Origin: Candidatus Eiseniibacteriota bacterium
Lineage (GTDB): Bacteria > ARS69
DNA: 64,000 bases
Direction: 5' to 3'
NCBI GenBank assembly: GCA_052390515.1
Contig: JBQTGV010000001.1
Span: 1 to 64,000, forward strand
Within the stretch, counting starts at the first letter, position 1. Each line of letters opens with the position of its first letter. Below are positions 17,163-27,252 of the stretch, in pieces. Made by a program: the position numbers and the translations under genes. Below the pieces are notes generated by a model that worked only from the letters and a program-made list of their open reading frames with translations, was not told where the DNA came from and did not search any database.

Positions 17163-20027
17163 ATGCGTCGACGTACGGTCCGGGCCGCCATCGTGTCCGC
17201 CCTCGTGATCGCCCTGGCCGCGACGGGCGCGGCTTCGCACACCCCCGTGAAGTCCGAGGCACCCCTGCTCACCCCGAGGCCCGACGAGATCCTCGTGCGC
17301 TGCCGGGTCTTCCACGACCAGAACGCCGACGGCGTGCGGCAGGCCGGCGAGCCGGGGCTCGCCGGCGTGGGGATCCAGAACGGCGTCACCACCCGGTTCA
17401 CCGACCCGCAGGGCAACCTGGACGTGCGCGTGGACAGGAACCTCTACCGCTTCGCCACGCTGCGGATCCCGGCTGGCTGGTGGCCGACGACGACCTGGTA
17501 CCGCTGGGTCCCCGCCGGCTCGCTCGGGCCGGTCTCCGCGGACTTCGGACTCAGGACCGAGCCACGCACCGCGACCGATCCGGTCCGCTGGGTGCACATC
17601 TCCGACACGCAAGTGCTCTCCTGGGGCACGAACATCGACATCCGTCCGGATCTCCAGGCCATCAACGAACTGTCCGATCCGCCGCTCTTCCTCGTGAACA
17701 CCGGCGATCTCGTCGAGGTCGGTTCCGACACGACGCACTGGAACAACTACGTGACGCAGGTCGCGACGTCGACGGCACCGGTGTTCCACGTGCCCGGCAA
17801 CCATGACACGCTCGGCACGGCCATACCGCTCGCGAACTACGAGAAGTACGTCGGCCCGCCCTACTACGACATGGACGTGGGCGGCTGGCGGTTCATCTTC
17901 TACAACGCGGAGGCGGCGGCAGTCGGGACGCCCGCGCAGGACATGTGGTTGGACGAGATCTTCACGACGGTCCCCCTCGGGCGTCCTCTCGCGCTCTTCC
18001 AGCACCGCATGCTGGCGGAGATCAACCAGAACAAAGTGTACTCGTGGGCGCAGCGCGGACTGCACGTGTGTTTCTCCGGCCACTGGCATAGCCACTCGTT
18101 CTCGCGGCACCCGTTCGGCATCCTGGACTACAACCTCAGTCGGACGTCGGTCGGTCCGCTCGACCGCACGCCGCGATCCTTCGGTATCGTGACCTGCGCG
18201 GCCGACGGCACCGTCTCGTACGAGCTGCGCCGTCTCGGAGTGGACCATCGCTCCAACCTGGCGCATCCGCGCCCGGACGGCGTCTACTCCGGCTCCACGC
18301 TGGACGTGCTGGTGCAGGCCTACGACACGTCCTCCCCGGTGCAGTCCCTGACCGCCGTGCTCTCCGGACTCACGGGAGCGCTGCCCCCGATCTCGCTCCG
18401 CCAGGAAGGCGTCTCGCTGTGGCGCGGCACGCTGGACGTCGGCTCGCTGACGGCGGGATGCTACGACGTGGACGTGATCGGGTCCTTCGAGGACGGCCCG
18501 GGCATCGGCCTGCAGAGCACGTTCCTGCTGACCGGCGTCCCCGCGGCGGCACGCGTGCCGGGAGCGGACTGGCCCATGTTCCGGAAGTGTGCCGCCGGAT
18601 CCAGCTTCACAGGGACACCGCTCGAGCCGCCGCTCGAGCTCGCCTGGTCGACGCCTCTCCCGGGCATGGTCGAGCTGAACTCGCCGGTGGTGGCCTCCGG
18701 CAGGGTCTACATCGGATGCCGGTCGGAGAGCGGTGACATGAACGATGCGGGCGTGCTGTGCTGCGACGCCGCCACCGGCGCGACGCACTGGTTCACTCCC
18801 ATCTCCGGCGGGGTCGCGCTGGCTCCGGCAGTGGCCGGCGGGATCGTGATGGCCACGGCGATGACCGACTCCGTGTTCGGCCTGGACGCGGTGTCCGGCC
18901 AGACCGTGTGGAAGACGAAGGCCCCCGGAAACAACTACAAGATGACCGCGCCGATCTTCGAGGGGAACCGCGCCTGGGTCGGCGCCGAGCCCGCGCTGAT
19001 GACGATCGACCCCGCGAACGGACAGAAGGTGTGGACGTCGCCGAACCTCGGGCCGGCCTGGTACAGCACGATGTACACGGCGCCGGCGGTGAGCGCGAGC
19101 CACGTCTACTGCGGCTTCTACGGCACGCCCGGCATCTTCCCCGACGGCTTCGCCGTGCTGAATCGTGCCACCGGGGCGACGGTCTTCCAGCAGAACGGCG
19201 CCTTCCGGTCCGCGATCTGCGCGGGCGGCACGGTCTACCTCGTCGGGGGATCGACGGTCATCAACCAGGTGATCACCGCGCGGGACGTGGTGGGCAACGT
19301 GATCTGGTCTTCGTCCAAAGTCCTGGACCAGGGATCGGGCGCGCCCGCGCTGGGGCACGGGGTCCTCGTGGTCGGCGGCGCGAACGGCGCCATGGAGGGC
19401 TTCCGCGCTTCGGATGGCGCGAACCTGTGGACGAGGCCCGTCGGCGCCTCGCTCTACGACATGTCGCCCAACCGGGTACGCGTCAAGGACACGATCGGCA
19501 CGCCGGCGATCGCCGACAGCGTGGTGTTCCTCGGATCCTCCGACGGCAACCTCTACGCGCTGGACCTCGCTTCGGGAGCGGAGCTCTCGCGGACGTACCT
19601 GGGGACGCCGATCGCGTCGTCGCCGGCGATCTCCGGGAACATGCTCTTCGTGGGCGCGAGCGATGGCCATCTGTACGGCTTCGTCGGGCTCGGCGCGGAA
19701 GGGGCGCGGGCCTTCGCCTCCTTCTCCGAGGACCTCGGCAAGGCGAGCTTTTTCGCCCTGCACCCGCCGCGGCCCAACCCCAGCGCGGGCCCCGTGCTGC
19801 TCGAGTGGGTGGTCCCGCGCCGAGCCCAGGTGCGCCTCGACGTGGTCGACGTGCAGGGCCGCGTGGTCCGGACGCTGGTCGACGGACCGGCCTCCGCCGG
19901 CGAGAACTTCTCCCGCTGGGACGGGCGAAACAGCGAAGGCGACGAGGTCGCGGCCGGGATCTACTTCGTCCGGCTCCGCGCGGACGGTCACTCCGGCAGC
20001 CGGAAGCTCGTCCGCCTGCGCGGCTGA
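17163..20027 (+). CDS. Secreted calcineurin-like metallophosphoesterase with PQQ-like beta-propeller and FlgD-Ig/T9SS-like C-terminal domain
   Basis: Signal peptide; HISDTQ, NTGDLV, PGNHD, SGHWH; WPMFR and SSPAI...GASDGHLY propeller repeats; PNPSAG...AGIYFVRL...SRKLVRLRG. GGAGG RBS. Confidence 0.85.
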   Translation: MRRRTVRAAIVSALVIALAATGAASHTPVKSEAPLLTPRPDEILVRCRVFHDQNADGVRQAGEPGLAGVGIQNGVTTRFTDPQGNLDVRVDRNLYRFATLRIPAGWWPTTTWYRWVPAGSLGPVSADFGLRTEPRTATDPVRWVHISDTQVLSWGTNIDIRPDLQAINELSDPPLFLVNTGDLVEVGSDTTHWNNYVTQVATSTAPVFHVPGNHDTLGTAIPLANYEKYVGPPYYDMDVGGWRFIFYNAEAAAVGTPAQDMWLDEIFTTVPLGRPLALFQHRMLAEINQNKVYSWAQRGLHVCFSGHWHSHSFSRHPFGILDYNLSRTSVGPLDRTPRSFGIVTCAADGTVSYELRRLGVDHRSNLAHPRPDGVYSGSTLDVLVQAYDTSSPVQSLTAVLSGLTGALPPISLRQEGVSLWRGTLDVGSLTAGCYDVDVIGSFEDGPGIGLQSTFLLTGVPAAARVPGADWPMFRKCAAGSSFTGTPLEPPLELAWSTPLPGMVELNSPVVASGRVYIGCRSESGDMNDAGVLCCDAATGATHWFTPISGGVALAPAVAGGIVMATAMTDSVFGLDAVSGQTVWKTKAPGNNYKMTAPIFEGNRAWVGAEPALMTIDPANGQKVWTSPNLGPAWYSTMYTAPAVSASHVYCGFYGTPGIFPDGFAVLNRATGATVFQQNGAFRSAICAGGTVYLVGGSTVINQVITARDVVGNVIWSSSKVLDQGSGAPALGHGVLVVGGANGAMEGFRASDGANLWTRPVGASLYDMSPNRVRVKDTIGTPAIADSVVFLGSSDGNLYALDLASGAELSRTYLGTPIASSPAISGNMLFVGASDGHLYGFVGLGAEGARAFASFSEDLGKASFFALHPPRPNPSAGPVLLEWVVPRRAQVRLDVVDVQGRVVRTLVDGPASAGENFSRWDGRNSEGDEVAAGIYFVRLRADGHSGSRKLVRLRG

Positions 20028-20134
20028 CTGAGGCCACCGTCGTTCCCGCCAAGTATCGGCAAGTTTTCACTCATCCCCGCTCCGGTTCTTCCGATAAGGG
20101 AACCGAGGAGCCGGACCGCCATGCGGGGGCCGCC

Positions 20135-21136
20135 GTGTCCACGAGCGTCGTCGAGAAGACCTCCATCAGTCTGGCGGAGATCGCCGGTCGCGTCTCCGCC
20201 TCGAGGCGCGTGCTGCCGGCGTTCGCGGCCACGGGTCTGGTCCTCGCGCTGCTCGCGTGGGTCGCGCTGCCGCGCACCTACGTCTCCGAAGCGACGCTGC
20301 TTCCTTCCACCGGCGACGAGACGGCCGGCCTCACCGGAGGTCTGCTGAGCCTCGCCGGAACGCTGGGGATCAGCGTGCCGGGGACCGCGGTCCCCGAGTC
20401 CCATCTCTATCCGGCCATCCTCAAGAGCGAACGCGTGCTGGAGGACGCACTCACCACGGCGCTCGATCCCGCGGATCCGCAGGGTGGCACGATCGTCGAT
20501 CGCATCGGTGGGCGGGATCCCTCGGAGCGGCGCATGGAGGAGGCCATCGAGACCGTTCGAGGCCGCATCCTTCGCGTCGGTCTCGACGAGGAGACCGGAA
20601 TCGTGCGCGTCACCGTCCGCATGCGCGATCCCAAGGTGGCGAACCGCACCGCCGAGGTCCTGCTGCAAAAGCTCGAGGGATATCTGTCCAACGAGCGCAA
20701 CGCGCGCTCCCGGCGCAATCTCGAGTTCGTCGCGTCCCGGCGGGCGGAGGCCCAGGCCGATCTGGGACGCGCGGAGGACGCGCTCAAGGAATTCCGGGAC
20801 GCGAACCGCAAGATCATGAACTCGCCCGATCTCCTGCTCGAGGAAGGCCGGCTGCTGCGCGAGATCCGAGTGCAGGAGGAGGTGTTCCTGGAGCTGACGC
20901 GACAGCACGAGATCGCCAAGATCGAGGCGGAGAAGGCCACGCCGATCCTGGAGATCCTCGATCCGCCCACGCTGCACCACGCCCCGGAGAGCCCCCGCCT
21001 CCCGATCCTGCTCGGCGTCGGGCTCCTTCTCGGGATCGTGGTCGGATCGCTCTACGCCACGGTGCGGGACGCCGCGCCCTGGGGCGGGACTCCCCCGCTC
21101 TCGATGCTCCGCGCCCTGAAGGGCCAGCGCGCTTGA
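20135..21136 (+). CDS. Wzz/GNVR-type polysaccharide chain-length determinant
   Basis: N-terminal TM, YVSEATLLP, coiled coil, EILDPP and a C-terminal Pro/Gly-rich TM. GTG start is inferred. Confidence 0.8.
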   Translation: MSTSVVEKTSISLAEIAGRVSASRRVLPAFAATGLVLALLAWVALPRTYVSEATLLPSTGDETAGLTGGLLSLAGTLGISVPGTAVPESHLYPAILKSERVLEDALTTALDPADPQGGTIVDRIGGRDPSERRMEEAIETVRGRILRVGLDEETGIVRVTVRMRDPKVANRTAEVLLQKLEGYLSNERNARSRRNLEFVASRRAEAQADLGRAEDALKEFRDANRKIMNSPDLLLEEGRLLREIRVQEEVFLELTRQHEIAKIEAEKATPILEILDPPTLHHAPESPRLPILLGVGLLLGIVVGSLYATVRDAAPWGGTPPLSMLRALKGQRA

Positions 21137-22509
21137 ACGGTGTCGAGACCCCGTTCCTGACCGTCGCGCCGGAGCTGCTGCTGGCCGCGGTCGCCCTGCT
21201 CGTCGTCCTGCTCGGCTGGCGCTCCTTCTCGGTGCCCTCCTTCGGCGTGCTCGCGACGCTCGCGCTCCTGCCGCTGCTCAAGACGGCCGCGCACGACGGC
21301 GTGCTCGCTCGCTTTGCCGCGCCGGACGTGTTCACGTTCCTCGCCTTCGCCGGAACGATGGTGCTCCTGCTCCGCCGACGGGACGCCGCGTGGCGAAGCA
21401 TCCGCGTTCCCGTGCAGGCGCTCGCCGGGCTCGTCGCCTTCTTCCCCTGTGTGGTTCTCTCCTTCCTCGCCACGGAGGATCCCGCGCGGTCTCTCGTGGA
21501 GACTCTGTCCTACGGCGTGAACGCGGTTCTGCTCGGGCTCATCGTGTTCCACGTCCGCACCCGCGAGGACCTCTTCGCGTGCTTCCGCGCCTGGGAGGCC
21601 GGCGTCGTCCTGGCGGTGGCCGGCTCGGTGGGCGGCCTCGCGCTGCTGGTGACCGGAAACTTCGACACGCCGCTGACCGAGGGACCCAAGCTCGCTTCCA
21701 CGTTCAAGAAGTCGGGTCAGCTCTCCGCCTACCTGCTCCCGAGCCTCCCGATCCTGTGGTTCAACCTGCGCCATCTGTCCGCTTCGCGGCGCGCCCGTTC
21801 GGCGCGCACGGCCCTGATCGTCGCGTCGTTCGTCGCGTTGCTGGCCACGGGTTCGCGCACCGGCCTGGCCCTCGGCGCCGCCCTGGTCACGGTGCTGTTC
21901 GGGGCCGGGTGGGCTCGCGCGTTCCTGCAGGGGCGCGTGGCGCTGCGCGTGTCGGTCGCGGCGCTGTGCGTGCTGGCCGCGTTCCCGCTGGCGGCGCGCG
22001 CCATCGAGGCGCTGCCCTTCTCGTTCCACCGGGCTCTCTCGATCCTCGAGGGAGCGGACTCGCTGCAGTCGCTGAGTCCGACGCGCTACTACCAGTACCA
22101 GGGCTGGCTCGTGGCCGCCGCCGAGTTCCCGTGGACCGGGATCGGCACCGGCGATTTCAAGACGCGCGCCACGTCCCTCGCACCGGCGGCGTGGCACTCG
22201 CACGAGGTGCACAACACCTACCTCGGCGTCTGGGCGGAGACGGGCGTCCTGGGGATCGCCGGGCTCGCCGTCTTCTACCTCGGTGTGCTGCGCGCCGCCT
22301 GGCAGGTGCGCACCCGCGGCGACCGCGCGACCGCGGACCTCGGCCTCGCGCTCGTCGTCGCCATCCTCGCGTTGTTCCTCTACGGCGTGAGCAACTTCGG
22401 CCTGCGCATGCGCCACCTGTGGTCGGTGTTCGGACTCGCGGTCGCGGCCTGGAACGTCGTGGTCGCGCACGGGGCGAAGACGGGAACGGCCGAGGAGACG
22501 GCGGCGTGA
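21133..22509 (+). CDS. O-antigen ligase/polymerase (WaaL/Wzy family)
   Basis: Multi-TM; LLATGSRTG, PWTGIGTGDF, HNTYLGVWAETGVLG. TTG start overlaps the upstream TGA. Confidence 0.85.
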   Translation: MNGVETPFLTVAPELLLAAVALLVVLLGWRSFSVPSFGVLATLALLPLLKTAAHDGVLARFAAPDVFTFLAFAGTMVLLLRRRDAAWRSIRVPVQALAGLVAFFPCVVLSFLATEDPARSLVETLSYGVNAVLLGLIVFHVRTREDLFACFRAWEAGVVLAVAGSVGGLALLVTGNFDTPLTEGPKLASTFKKSGQLSAYLLPSLPILWFNLRHLSASRRARSARTALIVASFVALLATGSRTGLALGAALVTVLFGAGWARAFLQGRVALRVSVAALCVLAAFPLAARAIEALPFSFHRALSILEGADSLQSLSPTRYYQYQGWLVAAAEFPWTGIGTGDFKTRATSLAPAAWHSHEVHNTYLGVWAETGVLGIAGLAVFYLGVLRAAWQVRTRGDRATADLGLALVVAILALFLYGVSNFGLRMRHLWSVFGLAVAAWNVVVAHGAKTGTAEETAA

Positions 22510-24173
22510 GCCGTGGCGCGCGAAGCGCCGCGGAGTCGGTCGCGCGGGGGGGACGCGTGCTGCTGCTCGGTACGCTGGGCAGCAAGGCGCTGCGACTGGC
22601 CGGCGACCTGGTGGTGGGCCGACTCCTCGGACCGGCCGCGTTCGGCGTGGTCGCCGCTTCGACGAGCCTGGTCTCAATCCTCACGGAGGTCTGCCAGCTC
22701 GGAGTGCACCGCGGCGTGCTCCGCTTCTCCTCCGTGCTGGAGTCCCGCGGCGAGGCCGGCCGATCGAGAGCGCTGGCGCGGCGGGCGCTCGTCGTCCCGC
22801 TGGCCGGCGGACTCGTCGCCGTGGCCGCGGCGATTCTCGTCCGCGAGCCGCTGACGCGTGCGCTCTTCGGCGACGACGTCGATCCGTGGCTCCTTCCGGT
22901 GTTCGCCCTGGCGATTCCGCTGGGGGGTGCTGTGACCGTGCTGCAGTTCGCGGCGCGCGCGGCGAAGCGCTTCCGGGCCGATGCCGTCGTCGGCGAGGGG
23001 CTGAGGCTCGGGCTCCCGCTCGCGGCCACCTGCGTGCTGATCGGGCTCGGCTGGGGTCTGTGGGGTGTCGCGTGGGGACTCGTCGCCGGCCTCTTCGCCG
23101 CCGCCGCCCTGGGGTGGGCGGTGCTCGCGCGTGGAGGTCCGGGCGAACCACCCGCCAGCGCGCCCCAGGCTGAACGGCTGGGCGAAGTCCTGCGCGTCGC
23201 GTTGCCGCTCGCTCTGGCGAGCTCTGCCGTGCTGCTCATGAACGAGCTCGACAAGGTGCTGCTGGCCGTGTTCCGCCCGGAGGAGGACGTCGGGCGCTAC
23301 AACGCCGCGTTCCGGATCTCCCGCCAGGCCAACTTGCTGCTGCCCGCGCTAACCGGATCGATCGCGCCGTGGGTGGCGCCGCTGCTCGCCGAAGGCCGGG
23401 AGGAGGAGCTCCGCGATCTCTACCGGCGCACGACGCAGTGGACGCTGGCCGCGGGCCTTCCCGTCTTTGCCGTTCTGGTGCTCTTCGCCCCGCAGTTCCT
23501 GGCGCTCTTCGGTCCCTCGTTCGTCGAGGGCGGTGCGCTCCTGATCGTGCTCGCGCTCGGGCAGCTCGTCATCGCCGTGGCGGGAAGCGCGGCGATGGTG
23601 CTGCAGCTCTCCGGCCGCGAGCGGCTCGAGCTGCGCAACGGGGCGATGGCGCTCGGCCTCAACCTGACGATGAACCTGGTGCTCATCCCGGCTCACGGCG
23701 CGATGGGCGCGGCGGCGGCGACGGCCACGTCGCTCTCGTTCCTCAGCGTGATCCGCGTCGTGCAGGCGCGAAGAGTGCTCGGGACCGTTCCCTGGAGCGG
23801 TGCCACGAGCGGGGCGCTCCGCATGAGCTTCGTCGCGGCGGCGGGCGGGGCGCTAGCGGGCTTCGCCGCCGGCGCACTGTCGGCGTCCGCCCCGGTGATC
23901 GCGCTCGCCGCGTGCGCGGGGCTCATTACCGGCGCGCTCGCCTTCGTCGCCCTCGTCGGGCTGGATGCCGCGGACGCGGCGGTGCTGCCGGTGCCGAGGC
24001 GCTTCGTCCGCCGCCGCGCTGCGGATCCTAGCGGCGCCACCCCGGAAGCTCGATCCCGAGAAGGTTCTCCACCCGGTTCGTCTGCGGAACCAGCTGCTGA
24101 ACCAGCCAGCGCCGGTCCCGAGGATCGAGCGACGGCAGCCGCTCGTCCGGCCGGCCGAAGAACCAGCGCCTGA
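22506..24173 (+). CDS. Wzx-type flippase / polysaccharide biosynthesis protein
   Basis: RLLGPAAFG, LDKVLL, VGRYNAAFR, LIPAHGAMGAAAAT; GTGA coupling. The last ~45 codons are low-complexity and overlap the opposite gene. Confidence 0.82.
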   Translation: MSRGARSAAESVARGGRVLLLGTLGSKALRLAGDLVVGRLLGPAAFGVVAASTSLVSILTEVCQLGVHRGVLRFSSVLESRGEAGRSRALARRALVVPLAGGLVAVAAAILVREPLTRALFGDDVDPWLLPVFALAIPLGGAVTVLQFAARAAKRFRADAVVGEGLRLGLPLAATCVLIGLGWGLWGVAWGLVAGLFAAAALGWAVLARGGPGEPPASAPQAERLGEVLRVALPLALASSAVLLMNELDKVLLAVFRPEEDVGRYNAAFRISRQANLLLPALTGSIAPWVAPLLAEGREEELRDLYRRTTQWTLAAGLPVFAVLVLFAPQFLALFGPSFVEGGALLIVLALGQLVIAVAGSAAMVLQLSGRERLELRNGAMALGLNLTMNLVLIPAHGAMGAAAATATSLSFLSVIRVVQARRVLGTVPWSGATSGALRMSFVAAAGGALAGFAAGALSASAPVIALAACAGLITGALAFVALVGLDAADAAVLPVPRRFVRRRAADPSGATPEARSREGSPPGSSAEPAAEPASAGPEDRATAAARPAGRRTSA

Positions 24174-24882
24174 GACCGAGGCCCTTGGCGGTCTCGACGA
24201 GCCCGTGCAGGCCCGCCGTGCGAAGGTGGTCGGCCGTCCGCCAGCCGAACTTCGCCACGCCGGGGTGCTTCGGGAGCGAAGCCTCGTTCACCTTGCGGTC
24301 GAGGTCGGCAGGCACGGGCGCCGCCTCGAGGCCCAGGCAATTGCAGAGGCGCTTCGCGAACGCCTCCGAGTCGCCGCGCAGATCCTCCAGGAAGAGCACC
24401 GAAACGTTCGCCTTCCCGACCGCGGAGTACCAGCGCTCGAGATGATCCGCGTAGCGGCTGCTGTCCAGCATCTCCGGATGGTGCTCGAGCGCCTGCCGGA
24501 ACGGGAGCGTGGTCATGCCATAGCGCCGCATGTGGATCCACAGGGAGTGCAGCCGCTCCGCGGGATGCCGCAGCGTCACGACGATCCTGGGCCGCCCCAG
24601 AGAAGCCGCGACACGGTCTGGAACCTCCGGTGGATCGAAGTAGCTCGGCGACACCTCCGCCGTGAGCGCGAAGCCTCCCACGGAGGGGAACCGTCCCGCA
24701 TACCACTCGAGGCCGCGGTCGTAGTAGCGGCTGAAGAAGTTGACTTCCTTCACGCGCCGGGGAAGCGCGACGTCGCCGCGGGAGGCGAGATACTCGTGGA
24801 TCCAGGTCGTTCCGGTCTTCTGCGGGCCGACGGCGATCGCACCCGGCAGCGCGCGTCGAGCCGAGGCGGGAGGCGTCCTCAT
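24028..24882 (-). CDS. PAPS-dependent sulfotransferase
   Basis: VGPQKTGTTWI (5'-PSB loop), KEVNFF, EVSPSY, LRHPAERLHS (3'-PB). Confidence 0.88.
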   Translation of the reverse strand: MRTPPASARRALPGAIAVGPQKTGTTWIHEYLASRGDVALPRRVKEVNFFSRYYDRGLEWYAGRFPSVGGFALTAEVSPSYFDPPEVPDRVAASLGRPRIVVTLRHPAERLHSLWIHMRRYGMTTLPFRQALEHHPEMLDSSRYADHLERWYSAVGKANVSVLFLEDLRGDSEAFAKRLCNCLGLEAAPVPADLDRKVNEASLPKHPGVAKFGWRTADHLRTAGLHGLVETAKGLGLRRWFFGRPDERLPSLDPRDRRWLVQQLVPQTNRVENLLGIELPGWRR

Positions 24883-24983
24883 GTCCCGGATTCGACCCGT
24901 CGCATCCCCTTCTTGAGCCTCAACCACCCTCGGCGGGCTGCCGAAACACTCCACGAAACGACCACAGGAGGCCGGAAAGCCAC

Positions 24984-25736
24984 ATGAAGAAACAGGCGAT
25001 CGAGCAGGCGGTCCGAGGACTGTTCCGGAAGCTCGGCTACGACATCGTGCGGTTCCAGCAGCTCGACTTCACCGAGGAGGAGCACGAGATCATCCGGGCG
25101 GTGAAGCCGTACACGATGACGAGCACCGAGAGCATCTACGCCCTGATCCAGGCCGTGAAGTACGTCGTCCGGCACGGGATCCAGGGCGACATCGTGGAGT
25201 GCGGGACCTGGAAGGGCGGCTCGGTCATGGCCGTGGCCCGGACCCTGATGCAGCTCGATCGGATGGACCGCGACCTGTGGCTCTTCGACACGTTCGAGGG
25301 GATGACGGCTCCGGGGACGACGGACGTCACGCTCCGCGGCGAGACGGCGGCGGAGACGTTCCAGCAGCGCAAGAGCGGCGAGTCCTCGTCCGACTGGTGC
25401 CTGGCCCCCATCGACGAGGTCCGTCGCGCGGTCTTCAGCACCGGATACGACCGGGAGCGCATCCACTTCGTCAAGGGACGCGTCGAGGACACCATTCCGG
25501 CGAACGCCCCGAAGCGCATCGCCCTCCTGCGCATGGACACGGACTGGTACGAGTCCACGCGGCACGAGTTCGAGCACCTGTACCCGCGCCTCTCCAGCGG
25601 CGGCGTGCTCATCCTCGACGACTACGGCTATTGGCTCGGCGTCAAGAAGGCGGCCGACGAGTACTTCGAGCGGAACGACGTGAAGATCCTGCTGAACCGG
25701 ATCGATTACAGCGCACGGATCGGGATCAAGACGTAG
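24984..25736 (+). CDS. TylF/MycF/NovP-family O-methyltransferase
   Basis: GDIVECGTWKGGS, LFDTFEG, LLRMDTDWYEST, LILDDYG. AGGAGG RBS. Confidence 0.92.
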   Translation: MKKQAIEQAVRGLFRKLGYDIVRFQQLDFTEEEHEIIRAVKPYTMTSTESIYALIQAVKYVVRHGIQGDIVECGTWKGGSVMAVARTLMQLDRMDRDLWLFDTFEGMTAPGTTDVTLRGETAAETFQQRKSGESSSDWCLAPIDEVRRAVFSTGYDRERIHFVKGRVEDTIPANAPKRIALLRMDTDWYESTRHEFEHLYPRLSSGGVLILDDYGYWLGVKKAADEYFERNDVKILLNRIDYSARIGIKT

Positions 25737-25787
25737 GGAGACTCGCGAGGGGGAGCGCGTCTTCTTCGATCTCGAAGGCCCTTCACG

Positions 25788-26477
25788 TCAGCGCCAGCGC
25801 CGCTCCATCCACTCGCCGATGATCTCGATCTGCCGCCGCCCGAGCGAGTGCCCCGAGTCGAGCACGTGATGCTCCACGTCGATGCCGGCGTCACGCAGGG
25901 CGTCCCGGCCGCGGGCCGCCGCCTCCGGCGAGACCGATGCGTCGCGCTCGCCGTGGAGCAGCAGCGCGGCGAAACGTCGCGCCGCCGCGGCGGGCATCGC
26001 GTCGCCGAGAATCTCGGTCTTCACGCGCGCGCCGGAGATGATCATCCCGTCGAAGAGGGCGTTGCGTACGGCGATCCAGGCGCCGCAGTACCCGCCCTGG
26101 GAGAAGCCGAGCAGCACGCGGGCCCGTGGACGAAGCCCCTGGGAAGCCTCGACGCCGGCGAGCAACCCCAGCACGATCTCCTCCGTCCGCTCCAGCTCGC
26201 GGCGGAAACGGTCCTGATCACCGTCGTAGGCGTACCAGCTCGCGCCGATGCGACCTTCGCCCCGGATCTCCACGGGGTACGGGCCGCGGGGCACCAGGAG
26301 CCGGGCGGGCAAGCGCTGGAGGCCCTGCACGAGAAGGGCGAAGGAGTCCTCGTCCATGCCCATGCCGTGCAGGCAGAGCACGAGCGGTAGGCTCGGATCC
26401 GCCGGCCCGTCCAACCTCCAGGGCACGGGCAGCCGGATCTCGTGCTCCCCGCGGATCGGGATCTTCGTGTCGGACAT
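25788..26477 (-). CDS. Alpha/beta-hydrolase (phospholipase/carboxylesterase)
   Basis: LHGMG, GFSQGG, HGERD, GH. Confidence 0.85.
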   Translation of the reverse strand: MSDTKIPIRGEHEIRLPVPWRLDGPADPSLPLVLCLHGMGMDEDSFALLVQGLQRLPARLLVPRGPYPVEIRGEGRIGASWYAYDGDQDRFRRELERTEEIVLGLLAGVEASQGLRPRARVLLGFSQGGYCGAWIAVRNALFDGMIISGARVKTEILGDAMPAAAARRFAALLLHGERDASVSPEAAARGRDALRDAGIDVEHHVLDSGHSLGRRQIEIIGEWMERRWR

Positions 26478-26502
26478 CGGTCGAAGTTAGAATGCCCCCG
26501 CG

Positions 26503-27252
26503 ATGATCGTCCAGAAGCGAACGGGATCCCTCCGACTGATCCGCCAGCATGACCACGCGCTCGCTTCGGGGCGGCTCGCGCTCGAGTGGGTCGGCAACGG
26601 CGCGAAGCCGGAGGCACTGTCCCTCGAGACGGTGCTCGGCGTCTCACTCCACGACGTCGGCTGGTCTCGCGCGGACGAGACGCCGCGCCGGGACGAAGCT
26701 AGCGGCGGGGTCGTCGGATTCGAGACCTTCCCCGCGGAGGAGCGGGCGGCCCTCTATGAAGAGGGGCTCGACTTCGTCGAGCGCGTGCATCCTTGGTGCG
26801 CTCTCTTGTGCACGATGCACTACGCGGGCTTCGGTGTGTCCGAGGACTTTCGGCGGCGGCAGAAAGCTCGACGCGAGAGGCTCGAGCGGACGCTGCCACT
26901 GGGACCGGAAGACGTCGTCCGCGCCCGGTACGCCCACGCGTGCCTGCGCCACTTCGACGATCTCTCGCTGGTCGCCTGCTTGGCCGGACCGCTGGCCCTC
27001 GATCCGCCGCCTTGGCTGGACGCGGACCGCGTGGCGAAGGGTCCGGACGGGATCCTCCGGGACGTTCGATGGCGGGACGAGGAAGCGATGACGATCCATC
27101 CCTTCCCGTTCCGTCAGCCCGTCGTGCTGGAGATCCCCTGCCGGGACCTCCCCTTACGGTTCGAAGGGCCGGAGGAGCTGCGGGCTGCCTGGGACGCCGC
27201 CCCGTGGCGGCGCCACCAGGTCCGTCTCGTTCCGCGCGACGATCACCGGTAG
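26503..27252 (+). CDS. DUF3891-like protein
   Basis: LIRQHDHA, HDVGW, MHY, DDLSL, PFPF. Confidence 0.7.
   Translation: MIVQKRTGSLRLIRQHDHALASGRLALEWVGNGAKPEALSLETVLGVSLHDVGWSRADETPRRDEASGGVVGFETFPAEERAALYEEGLDFVERVHPWCALLCTMHYAGFGVSEDFRRRQKARRERLERTLPLGPEDVVRARYAHACLRHFDDLSLVACLAGPLALDPPPWLDADRVAKGPDGILRDVRWRDEEAMTIHPFPFRQPVVLEIPCRDLPLRFEGPEELRAAWDAAPWRRHQVRLVPRDDHR

Noticed and set aside
24028-24173. 146-bp convergent overlap of flippase and sulfotransferase (also 60 bp at 48656-48715)
   Set aside because: Most simply stop-codon drift giving low-complexity tails; no evidence of function.
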